DNA of 16,777 nucleotides from Candidatus Eiseniibacteriota bacterium (GTDB lineage Bacteria; ARS69): NCBI GenBank assembly GCA_052390515.1, contig JBQTGV010000220.1, positions 1 to 16,777 of the forward strand, read 5' to 3'. Shown piece by piece: positions 7,824 to 15,926 of this stretch (position 1 is its first letter; each line of letters starts with the position of its first letter). The notes under the pieces were generated by a model. It saw only the letters and a program-made list of their open reading frames with translations, ran no database searches and was not told where the DNA came from. The position numbers and the translations under genes were made by a program.

Positions 7824-10800
7824 TCCGGGCGATCATCCGCTGGTCGGCGGAGAACCGCATCCTGGTCGTCGCGCTCTACGCGATGTTGATCGCTCTGGGC
7901 GTGCTCGCCGTGCAGGAGATCGCGCTCGACGCCATCCCGGACCTGTCCGACACGCAGGTGATCATCCTCTCCCGCTGGGACCGCAGCCCCGACATCCTCG
8001 AGGATCAGGTCACCTACCCGATCATCACCGCGTTGCTCGGGGCGCCGCGGGTCAAGGCGATCCGCGGCTTCTCGGACTTCGGCTACTCGTACGTGTACGT
8101 GATCTTCGAGGATGGGACGGACACCTACTGGGCGCGGTCGCGCGTGCTCGAGTACCTGTCGAAGATCGAGGCCCAGCTCCCGGAGGGCGTGAAGACCGAG
8201 CTCGGCCCGGACGGGACGGGAGTCGGCTGGGTCTACCAGTATGCGCTCGTCGACGAGTCCGGGAAGCACGGCGTGCAGGAGCTGCGATCGTACCAGGACT
8301 GGTTCCTGCGCTACGCGTTGCAGTCCGTCGAGGGCGTGGCCGAGGTGGCCACGTTCGGCGGACTGGTCAAGCAGTACCAGGTGACGGTGGAGCCGAACCG
8401 GCTCGCCGCCTACGGGCTGGCGCTGTCGGAGGTCGCCGCCGCGATCCGGAGGAGCAACGAGGACGTCGGCGGCCGGCTCCTGGAGTTCTCCGGACGCGAG
8501 TACATGGTCCGCGGCCGGGGCTACATCCGCTCCCTCTCCGACATCGAGGAGATCGTGCTGGCCACCAACGACGCGGGCACGCCGATCCGCGTGCGCGACG
8601 TCGGGTCGGTCTCGCTCGGTCCGGACATCCGCCGCGGGGTCGGGGACCTCGACGGCCGCGGCGACGCCGTCGGCGGTATCATCGTGATGCGCACCGGGGA
8701 GAACGCGCTCACCGTCATCGAGCGCGTCCGCGAGAAGATCCGCTCGATCGAACCGTCACTGCCCGAAGGCGTGAAGATCGTAACCACCTACGACCGCTCC
8801 GAGCTGATCCTGCGCGCCATCCACACGCTCCGGGAGAAGCTCGTCGAGGAGATGATCATCGTCTCCCTCGTCATCCTCGTGTTCCTCTGGCACTTCCCCT
8901 CCGCGATCGTCCCCATCGTCACCATTCCGATCTCCGTGCTGCTGGCGTTCATTCCCATGAAGCTGCTCGGCGTCGGGGCCAACATCATGTCGCTCTCGGG
9001 GATCGCCATCTCCATCGGCGTGCTCGTGGACGGCGCCATCGTCGAGGTGGAGAACGCCTACAAGAAGATCGAGCGCTGGAATGCGGGCGGCCGCCAGGGC
9101 AGCTTCCATGCGGTCCGCCTCGAGGCGCTGCAGGAGGTCGGGCCCTCGGTCTTCTTCTCGCTGCTGGTGATCGCCGTGGCGTTCCTTCCCGTGTTCACGC
9201 TGGTGGATCAGGAGGGCCGGCTCTTCCGGCCGCTTGCCTTCACCAAGAACCTGACCATGGCCATCGCCGCCCTGCTGGCCATCAGTCTCGACCCGGCGCT
9301 GCGCATGATGTTCGCCCGCGTCGACCCGTTCGCCTTCCGGCCGCGCTGGGCGGCGTCGCTGGCGACGAGACTCGCGGTCGGGCGCTACGTGCCGGAGGAA
9401 CGGCATCCGGTCAGCCGGGCGATGTTCCGCGTGTACGAACCGGTCTGCCGCTTCGTGCTGCGCAGACCCAAGGCGACGATCGCCGGGGCCGCACTAGTGG
9501 TGCTGTCCACCGTTCCGGCGTACCTGTCGCTCGGCTCGGAGTTCATGCCGCCGCTGCACGAGGGCTCCATCCTGTACATGCCGACGACGCTGCCGGGCAT
9601 CTCCGTCAGCGAGGCGTCGCGCCTGCTGCGGGTGCAGGACGAGCTGCTGAAGTCGTTCCCCGAGGTGCAGAGCGTTCACGGGAAGGCCGGGCGCGCCGAG
9701 ACGGCGACCGATCCCGCGCCGCTTTCCATGATGGAGACGGTGGTCGTGCTGAAGCCGGAGGCGGAGTGGCGCGAGAAGCCTCGGTGGTACTCGTCGTGGG
9801 CTCCGGACTGGCTCGCCGCCGGACTCCGACCGCTCTGGAACGACCGGATCTCGCACGAGGAGCTGGTCGCGGAGATGGACCGGGCGCTGCGCATCCCCGG
9901 CTCGACCAACGCGTGGACCATGCCCATCAAGAACCGCATCGACATGCTCTCGACCGGCATCCGCACGCCGGTCGGCGTCAAGGTGTTCGGCGCCGACGTG
10001 CACGAGATCGAGAGGATCGGGGAGCGCATCGAGGCGATCCTCCGGGAGGTGCCCGGGACGCGCTCGGTCTTCGCGGAGCGGGTGGCCGCCGGCTATTACC
10101 TGGACTTCGAGCTGGACCGCGAGGCACTCGGCCGGCACGGACTCATGGTCGACGACGTGAACGAGCTCATCCTCACCGCCGTGGGCGGGGAGGCGCTGAC
10201 CGTCACGGTGGAGGGACGCGAGCGCTACACGGTCAACGTGCGCTACCCGCGAGAGCTGCGGGAAGATCCGGAGCTGCTCGGCCGCGTGCTGGTCACGACG
10301 CCGTCCGGCGCTCAGGTGCCGATCGCGCAGCTCGCGCAGATCCGGTTCGTCGAGGGGCCGGCCATGCTCCGCGACGAGAACGGGCTGCTCGCCGGTTACG
10401 TCTACGTGGACTTCGACACCTCGGAGCGGGACGTCGGCGGGTACGTCGCCGACGCGAAGCGTGCCGTGCAGGAGCAGCTCGAGCTGCCCACCGGATACGC
10501 CATCTCCTGGAGCGGGCAGTTCGAGAACATGATGCGGGTCGCGGAGCGGCTGAAGGTCGTGATCCCGGTGACGCTCCTGCTGATCGTCCTGCTGCTGTAC
10601 GCCAACACCAAGTCGGCCATGAAGACGTTCATCGTCCTCACCGCGGTCCCCTTCAGCATCGTGGGTGCGGTGTGGCTGCTCTGGCTCCTGGACTACAACG
10701 TGTCCATCGCGGTGTGGGTGGGCGTCATCGCACTCATGGGGCTCGACGCGGAGACGGGCGTCTTCATGCTGCTCTTCCTGGACCTGGCCCACGACGAGGC

Positions 10801-11077
10801 GAAGCGCGAGGGCCGCCTGCGGAACCGCGCGGACCTCGTCGAGGCGATCGTGCACGGCGCGGTGAAGCGCGCCCGGCCCAAGGCGATGACTGTGTGCGCC
10901 GCGTTCCTGGGGCTCCTGCCGATCATGTGGTCGACCGGTGCGGGCGCGGACGTGATGAAGCGGATCGCCGCGCCGATGGTGGGCGGGCTCTTCACCTCGT
11001 TCGTGCTGGAGTTGCTGGTCTACCCGGCCGTGTACCTGCTGTGGAAGGGGCGGGAGCTGCGCGGCCGCCCCGCCTGA
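7820..11077 (+). CDS. cusA: CusA/SilA-type heavy-metal efflux RND permease
   Basis: 1085 aa with LDAIPDLSDTQVI, EDQVTYP and LGPDGTGVGWVYQYAL. Periplasmic Met triad equivalents are present (ILYMPTT, PLSMMET, RIDMLSTG), as are proton-relay residues (VDGAIV, AETG, RPKAMT). ATGA coupling to cusB. Confidence 0.96.
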   Translation: MIRAIIRWSAENRILVVALYAMLIALGVLAVQEIALDAIPDLSDTQVIILSRWDRSPDILEDQVTYPIITALLGAPRVKAIRGFSDFGYSYVYVIFEDGTDTYWARSRVLEYLSKIEAQLPEGVKTELGPDGTGVGWVYQYALVDESGKHGVQELRSYQDWFLRYALQSVEGVAEVATFGGLVKQYQVTVEPNRLAAYGLALSEVAAAIRRSNEDVGGRLLEFSGREYMVRGRGYIRSLSDIEEIVLATNDAGTPIRVRDVGSVSLGPDIRRGVGDLDGRGDAVGGIIVMRTGENALTVIERVREKIRSIEPSLPEGVKIVTTYDRSELILRAIHTLREKLVEEMIIVSLVILVFLWHFPSAIVPIVTIPISVLLAFIPMKLLGVGANIMSLSGIAISIGVLVDGAIVEVENAYKKIERWNAGGRQGSFHAVRLEALQEVGPSVFFSLLVIAVAFLPVFTLVDQEGRLFRPLAFTKNLTMAIAALLAISLDPALRMMFARVDPFAFRPRWAASLATRLAVGRYVPEERHPVSRAMFRVYEPVCRFVLRRPKATIAGAALVVLSTVPAYLSLGSEFMPPLHEGSILYMPTTLPGISVSEASRLLRVQDELLKSFPEVQSVHGKAGRAETATDPAPLSMMETVVVLKPEAEWREKPRWYSSWAPDWLAAGLRPLWNDRISHEELVAEMDRALRIPGSTNAWTMPIKNRIDMLSTGIRTPVGVKVFGADVHEIERIGERIEAILREVPGTRSVFAERVAAGYYLDFELDREALGRHGLMVDDVNELILTAVGGEALTVTVEGRERYTVNVRYPRELREDPELLGRVLVTTPSGAQVPIAQLAQIRFVEGPAMLRDENGLLAGYVYVDFDTSERDVGGYVADAKRAVQEQLELPTGYAISWSGQFENMMRVAERLKVVIPVTLLLIVLLLYANTKSAMKTFIVLTAVPFSIVGAVWLLWLLDYNVSIAVWVGVIALMGLDAETGVFMLLFLDLAHDEAKREGRLRNRADLVEAIVHGAVKRARPKAMTVCAAFLGLLPIMWSTGAGADVMKRIAAPMVGGLFTSFVLELLVYPAVYLLWKGRELRGRPA

Positions 11078-11089
11078 CCCGGCGCGGCG

Positions 11090-11118
11090 AGCGGGGGCGG
11101 CTCACGGCCGCCCCCGTT
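11090..11118. terminator. GC-rich hairpin between the convergent cusA and cytolysin-like genes (probable terminator)
   Basis: CGGGGGCGGC (11092-11101) and GCCGCCCCCG (11107-11116) form a perfect 10-bp stem with a 5-nt loop. The U-tract is short. Confidence 0.55.
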
Positions 11119-11142
11119 CCTGATCACGGCTCGTGCCGACTG

Positions 11143-12828
11143 CTACGACATCGGAGAGGGCGGCGCCTTCTCCACCTGGAGCTCGTCGATGGCGCCCCAG
11201 TCCGCGCCGTTGATGTACTCGCCGCGGATGAAGATGTCGGTCACTCCGGTGAGCGCGTCGAGGATCTGGGCCTGCGTGCCCGTACCGCTGTTCACCTTGA
11301 AGTGCGCGGCGTCGATGGGGATCTCGAACTTGAAGAACCCGTTCGTCGGGATGAAGGGGCTCGGGTGGCGCGCCGCGAGCCGGGTGCCGTTCTTCCCGTA
11401 GATCACGACGTCGTCGGCCGCGAAGGACTGCCCGGCCGGGCCGACCCACAGGTAGTAGCTGATCTTCCCGCCGTAGAAGTGCGACCAGTCGCCGCCCCAC
11501 GCGAGGGGCGCACGGAAGTACCATGTGCCGCCCGTGGCCTGGTCCGCCGCGTACAGATAGTTGCCGGAGAAACCGCCCGACCGGATCTGGAGGCTCTGGA
11601 AGTCCGCGTACCCGGACCAGCCGGCCAGGCCGCCGTCGAAGTTCTCCGCGTACGTCCCCACCGACACCACGGTGCAGGTCTTCAGGTCGTAGTCCGTGGC
11701 CACCTTGATGTTGACGACGGAGTTGTCGTAGACGTTGCGGACCACGTAGGAGAGCGGCACACCGGTGGTGATGTCGCCGCCCTGGGTCAGGAACGTCGCC
11801 ACCTGATCGATGTCGCCCTGGAACGTGGCGAGCGCCTGGTTGGAGTCGCCGCCCAGCGCGAACACCTTGATGTTCACGTTCTCCAGGCTGCTCACGTACT
11901 CGCCGTCCAGGTGCGCCGAGCCGCCCGCGAGCGCCGCCTTGTACGAGGCGTCCACCGAGGCGCGCATGTCACGGACGCTGGAGGTGGACTCCACCAGCAG
12001 GTAGAAGCGGCGGCCGTAGGTCACCGACGAGATGTACGTTGCGGGGTTGCCGGGTCCGACGTACCTCGCCAGGTCCGCCGGGGTTACGACCGGCGCGAAG
12101 AGCTCGTCGGTCGACGTCGGCAGGTCGAACGCCATGGTGAAGAAGCGCTGGTTGAGCTCGACCAGCATCCGGTTGTAGGTCCGGTCCTGGCTGAAGCTGA
12201 GCCTCGTCCTCACGTTGGTGGTCAGGGAATTGACGTTGACGCCCATGCTGAGAGCCATCTGGCTCTCGGACTGGACCTCGCTGAACGAGTAGTTGAACCC
12301 GGCGGGAACGACGCCGCTGTTCTGCGCCAGGATCTCGTTCATCGCCTGGATGACGCTGCTGTATTTCACCTCGTCCACGTTCGCGAAGTTCAGGGTCGAG
12401 CCGTTCAACAGGTTGATGGAGATCGTGCCCGGTGCGCGCTTCACGACGATCGGGTCCGGCGTGGCGCCGCCCAGGGACTGTCCCTGGAGCATGTTGCCCG
12501 GGTAGACGACTTCCGCGTTCGGGTCGAACGTGGCGTAGTCGCTCGGAGCTTGGACGACGCTGCGCCGCTCCGTCGTGCAGCTGAAGACCGTGCCGTCCTG
12601 CCCCGTCTCCTGTCCGGACGCGAGGACGGAGACGTCCTCGGAAGGCTGGACCTTCTCGTAGACGCCGCCGTACGCCACCACGCCGTCGAAGGTGTTCAGG
12701 TCGGGGCCGTCCGGGCCGGCGCGGTCGTCGCCGCAGCCGGCGGCCAGCAGTCCGGCGGTCAGCAGTCCGGCGGTCAGCATCGTCGCCGCGAGGAAGCTCC
12801 CCCGGCGGCTCGTCATTCGCTTCTTCAT
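11143..12828 (-). CDS. Thiol-activated cytolysin family (CDC-like, CDCL) lipoprotein with C-terminal laminin-IV(B)-like domain
   Basis: Start re-called to ATG 12828 (SD GGAG; 561 aa). Signal MKKR..LLAAG-C lipobox. CDC core motifs VVYPGNMLQG, NQRFFT, NPATYISSVTYGRRFYL, ALGG and GVPLSYVVRNVYDNS. There is no ECTGLAWEWWR undecapeptide. The C-terminal ~165 aa contain WYFRAP..GDWS.FYGGKISY..DVVIYG..L..VT.I.IRGEY. Confidence 0.85.
   Translation of the reverse strand: MKKRMTSRRGSFLAATMLTAGLLTAGLLAAGCGDDRAGPDGPDLNTFDGVVAYGGVYEKVQPSEDVSVLASGQETGQDGTVFSCTTERRSVVQAPSDYATFDPNAEVVYPGNMLQGQSLGGATPDPIVVKRAPGTISINLLNGSTLNFANVDEVKYSSVIQAMNEILAQNSGVVPAGFNYSFSEVQSESQMALSMGVNVNSLTTNVRTRLSFSQDRTYNRMLVELNQRFFTMAFDLPTSTDELFAPVVTPADLARYVGPGNPATYISSVTYGRRFYLLVESTSSVRDMRASVDASYKAALAGGSAHLDGEYVSSLENVNIKVFALGGDSNQALATFQGDIDQVATFLTQGGDITTGVPLSYVVRNVYDNSVVNIKVATDYDLKTCTVVSVGTYAENFDGGLAGWSGYADFQSLQIRSGGFSGNYLYAADQATGGTWYFRAPLAWGGDWSHFYGGKISYYLWVGPAGQSFAADDVVIYGKNGTRLAARHPSPFIPTNGFFKFEIPIDAAHFKVNSGTGTQAQILDALTGVTDIFIRGEYINGADWGAIDELQVEKAPPSPMS
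12745..12779. repeat. 15-bp tandem duplication in the cytolysin signal peptide
   Basis: CAGCAGTCCGGCGGT twice plus a partial CAGCA. On the minus strand it encodes LTAGL-LTAGL just before LAAGC. Confidence 0.85.
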
Positions 12829-12934
12829 TTCTCCGTCTCCTGTTTCTCGGGGCCGAGCCCCTCGGGATTCTCGGGTCACCTCGGAACGCAGGAACGGCGG
12901 GCGAAAGTGCTAACGACTTTGTGGAACTTCGCCC

Positions 12935-12957
12935 AACTCGTTGACCGGCAACGTGTT
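12935..12957. promoter_or_regulatory. Imperfect palindrome in the divergent cytolysin/kinase intergenic region (candidate operator)
   Basis: AACTCGTTG-ACCGG-CAACGTGTT: 9-bp arms with one mismatch and a 5-bp spacer, in a locally less GC-rich patch. Confidence 0.4.
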
Positions 12958-13001
12958 ATGAACGCTACCCCGCCTGGCGCCGGGCCGCTTACCATGGCGG
13001 C

Positions 13002-15926
13002 ATGGACCGGGACCGCTGGGAGCGCGTGCAGCAGATCTTCGCCGCAGCCCTGGAGCGGCCGGACGAATCGCGGGACTCGTTCGTCCGGGAGGCGTGCGGA
13101 GAGGACGAGGCCCTGCTCGCCGAAGTTCGCTCCCTTCTCGCCGCGGACACCGACGAGCACAGCCTCCTCGACGCCGGAGCGGCGAAGGCGGCCGACGAGC
13201 TCGGTATGCTCGAGGCATCTCGGGTCGGGCAGCGGATCGGGCCGTGGCGGCTGATCGAGCCGATCGGTCGGGGCGGGATGGGCGTCGTCTACCTGGCGGA
13301 GCGCGCGGACGGGGAATTCGACCAGCGCGTCGCGCTCAAGCTCGTCAAGCGCGGCATGGACTCCGAGGAGATCCTCGGCCGCTTCCGCGCCGAGCGCCAG
13401 ATCCTGGCGGGGCTCGACCATCCGAACATCGCGCGGCTGCTGGACGGCGGTCTCACGAGCGAAGGGCTCCCCTGGTTCTCGCTGGAGTACGTCGACGGCC
13501 TGCCCATCGACCGCTACTGCGACGAGCGCTCCCTCCCCGTGGACGAGCGGCTGGATCTCTTCCTCGCGGCGTGCCGCGCGGTGGCGTACGCACAGCGGAA
13601 CCTCGTCGTGCATCGCGACCTGAAACCGGGGAACATCCTGGTGACGCGCGACGGGACACCGAAGCTGCTGGACTTCGGAATCGCCAAGCTCCTGGACGAC
13701 GGACGCGGTTTCACGCGGGGCGCGGAGGCGAGGACCCGCACCGGACACCGCGTGATGACGCCGGGCTACGCCGCCCCCGAACAGGTGCGCGGCGAGCCGG
13801 TCACCACCGCGACCGACGTGTACGCGCTCGGCGTCGTGCTGTACGAGCTGCTCACCGGCCAGCGTCCGTACGCTCCCGCGGACGACACGCCGGGCGCCCT
13901 GGAGCGGGCCATCTGCGAGACCGATCCCCCGAAGCCGAGCACGGTCGTGACGCGACCGGGGCCGGCGGCCGCTCCTCCTTCGGACGGCGAGACGACGACG
14001 ACTCCGGAGCGGGCCGGATCGGCGCGCCGCGCGCGGCCGGCACAGCTTCGCCGCAAGCTGTCCGGTGATCTCGACAACATCTGCCTGATGGCGCTCCGCA
14101 AGGAGCCCGAGCGCCGGTACGGCTCCGCGCAGCAGCTCGTGGAGGACATCGAGCGATATCGAGTGGGGCGGCCCGTGGTCGCGCGCGCCGACACGCCGGG
14201 CTATCGCGTGCGCAAGTTCCTCCGCCGCAACCGAGCCGGCGTGTCCGCCGCGGCGGGGGCGTTCGCCGTCGTGGTCGCGCTCGTGGCTTATTACACCGCG
14301 CAGCTCGCGCGGGAGCGCGACCGTGCACGGCTGGAGGCGGACAAGGCGAAGAGCGTGGCGACGTTCCTGACCGGGCTCTTCGAGGTGGCCGATCCCTCCG
14401 AGTCGCAGGGCGAGACGATCACGGCGCGGGAGCTCCTTCGCCGCGGCGCGGAGAAGATTGACGGCGATCTGGCGGATCAGCCGGAGGTGCGCGCGCAGAT
14501 GATGGACGTCGTCGGCGACGTCTATCACAGCCTGGGGCTGTACGCGGAGGCGGACAGTCTGCTGGAGCGCGCTCTGGAGATCCGTTCCGGACTGCACGTG
14601 AAGGACCACGACGATCTGGCAACCACCCTGCAGCACCTCGCCGAGGTCCGCCGGACAATGGGCGACTTCGACAGCGCGCTGGAGCTGCAGCAGCGCGCGC
14701 TGGAGATGCTCGTGCGCCTCCACGGACGAGAGCACGCTTCCGTGGCGGAGGCCCTCTTCCAGCTCTCCTGGATCCAGGGCGAGATCGGAATGCCGGCAGA
14801 GTCGGAGGCCACGGTGCGAGAATCGCTGGACCTGTGGATGAAGCTGCGCGGAGAGGAGGATCCGGGGACGCTCCAGGCGATGGCGAGCCTCGCCCTGATC
14901 CTCAACGAGCAGGCGAGGCGCGAGGAAGCGGAGCCGATCTTCCGGCGGACGATCGAGCTGCAGCGCAAGGTCGTGGGCGACGGCCCGGCGCTCACGTCCA
15001 CGCTCTACAACTACAGCGAGCTGCTCCGCCAGTGGAACCGCCTCGACGACGCCGAGCGCGTGCTCCGCGAAGCCCTGGAGGTCGACCAACGCATGCACGG
15101 ACCCGACCACCCCGACGTGGCCTCCGACCTCGTGAGCCTCGCGCGTATCGAGAAGCAGCGCTTCCGCTACGCGGAGGCGGAGACGCTCTTCCGCCAGGTG
15201 CTGGCGACGCGGGTGCGCTACTACGGTCCCGAGCACCCGCAGGTGGCGCACAGCCTGTCGGACGTCGCCGGGATCATCTATTCGCAGGGGAGGTTGGGCG
15301 CGGCGGACTCGCTCTACCGCGCCTCGGTGCAGATGCACCTGCGCACGAACGAACCGGATCACCCCATCTTCGCCGAGAGGTGGCGGGATCTTGGCCGCGT
15401 CGCGCAGAGCCGCGGCGACCACGCCGCGGCCGTCGAGTACCACAGGAAAGCGGTGGAGCACCGCACCCGGCTCTTCGGAGCGCGGGATCCTCGGGTGGCG
15501 GAAATGCTCATGTTCCTCGCCGGCTCGACCGCCGGCGCCGGCGATCTGGAGGAGGCCATCCGCATCCAGCGCGAAGCGCTGGCGATCACGCTGGATGCGC
15601 GAGGCAACGAACACTGGGAGTACCTGCACCAGACCGCCGCGCTCGCCGATCTGCTGGCGAAGGCCGAGCGGTTGGACGAGGCGGAGCGGCTCTTCCGCGA
15701 GACCATCGAAAAGCGTAGCGCGATGTTCGGAGCCGATCACTTCCAGGTGGGAGCGGTCCGGGCCGACTACGGGCGAATGCTGCTGGCGGCCGGGCGCGGG
15801 CAGGAGGCGAAGCGGGAGCTGGAGGCCGCGCTCGCGGTGATGCGCGCGGAGCTGCCGGACGGGGACCACCGCCTCGGCGAGCTGGCCGAGACGCTCGCCT
15901 CTATTCCGCCTTCATCTCCCGACTGA
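13002..15926 (+). CDS. Hanks-type Ser/Thr protein kinase with one TM helix and extracytoplasmic TPR-like repeats (PknS/PknT-like partner of ECF sigma)
   Basis: GRGGMGVVY, VALK, HPNIARLLDGG, HRDLKPGN, DFG, TPGYAAPE and DVYALG. The N-terminal RWERVQQIF..AL..R..F...ACG.D..L..EV.SLL extension is typical of ECF-linked kinases. TM segment AGVSAAAGAFAVVVALVAYY, then ~42-aa repeats (G.DHP.VA.SL..LA...EAE..R.AL). Confidence 0.95.
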   Translation: MDRDRWERVQQIFAAALERPDESRDSFVREACGEDEALLAEVRSLLAADTDEHSLLDAGAAKAADELGMLEASRVGQRIGPWRLIEPIGRGGMGVVYLAERADGEFDQRVALKLVKRGMDSEEILGRFRAERQILAGLDHPNIARLLDGGLTSEGLPWFSLEYVDGLPIDRYCDERSLPVDERLDLFLAACRAVAYAQRNLVVHRDLKPGNILVTRDGTPKLLDFGIAKLLDDGRGFTRGAEARTRTGHRVMTPGYAAPEQVRGEPVTTATDVYALGVVLYELLTGQRPYAPADDTPGALERAICETDPPKPSTVVTRPGPAAAPPSDGETTTTPERAGSARRARPAQLRRKLSGDLDNICLMALRKEPERRYGSAQQLVEDIERYRVGRPVVARADTPGYRVRKFLRRNRAGVSAAAGAFAVVVALVAYYTAQLARERDRARLEADKAKSVATFLTGLFEVADPSESQGETITARELLRRGAEKIDGDLADQPEVRAQMMDVVGDVYHSLGLYAEADSLLERALEIRSGLHVKDHDDLATTLQHLAEVRRTMGDFDSALELQQRALEMLVRLHGREHASVAEALFQLSWIQGEIGMPAESEATVRESLDLWMKLRGEEDPGTLQAMASLALILNEQARREEAEPIFRRTIELQRKVVGDGPALTSTLYNYSELLRQWNRLDDAERVLREALEVDQRMHGPDHPDVASDLVSLARIEKQRFRYAEAETLFRQVLATRVRYYGPEHPQVAHSLSDVAGIIYSQGRLGAADSLYRASVQMHLRTNEPDHPIFAERWRDLGRVAQSRGDHAAAVEYHRKAVEHRTRLFGARDPRVAEMLMFLAGSTAGAGDLEEAIRIQREALAITLDARGNEHWEYLHQTAALADLLAKAERLDEAERLFRETIEKRSAMFGADHFQVGAVRADYGRMLLAAGRGQEAKRELEAALAVMRAELPDGDHRLGELAETLASIPPSSPD

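Noticed and set aside
11143-12828. Calling the toxin a classical cholesterol-dependent cytolysin (pfo/ply/hly)
   Set aside because: It lacks domain 4 with the undecapeptide and carries a lipoprotein signal, so only CDC-like is supportable.
12846-12884. Four CTCGG pentamers in the cytolysin 5' UTR
   Set aside because: Short, GC-rich and irregularly spaced, so compatible with chance.
7795-13254. 1819-aa + strand ORF
   Set aside because: Arg/Gly/Pro-rich off-frame shadow of cusA and antisense to the cytolysin. Such open frames are expected in very GC-rich DNA, and it has no recognisable motifs.
12876-15869. 997-aa - strand ORF
   Set aside because: Antisense mirror of the kinase gene, with no SD or domain motifs.
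14480-15880. Periodic repeats in the kinase 3' half as a DNA repeat array or CRISPR
   Set aside because: The periodicity is protein-level TPR-like repetition with divergent DNA. There are no identical repeats with spacers.
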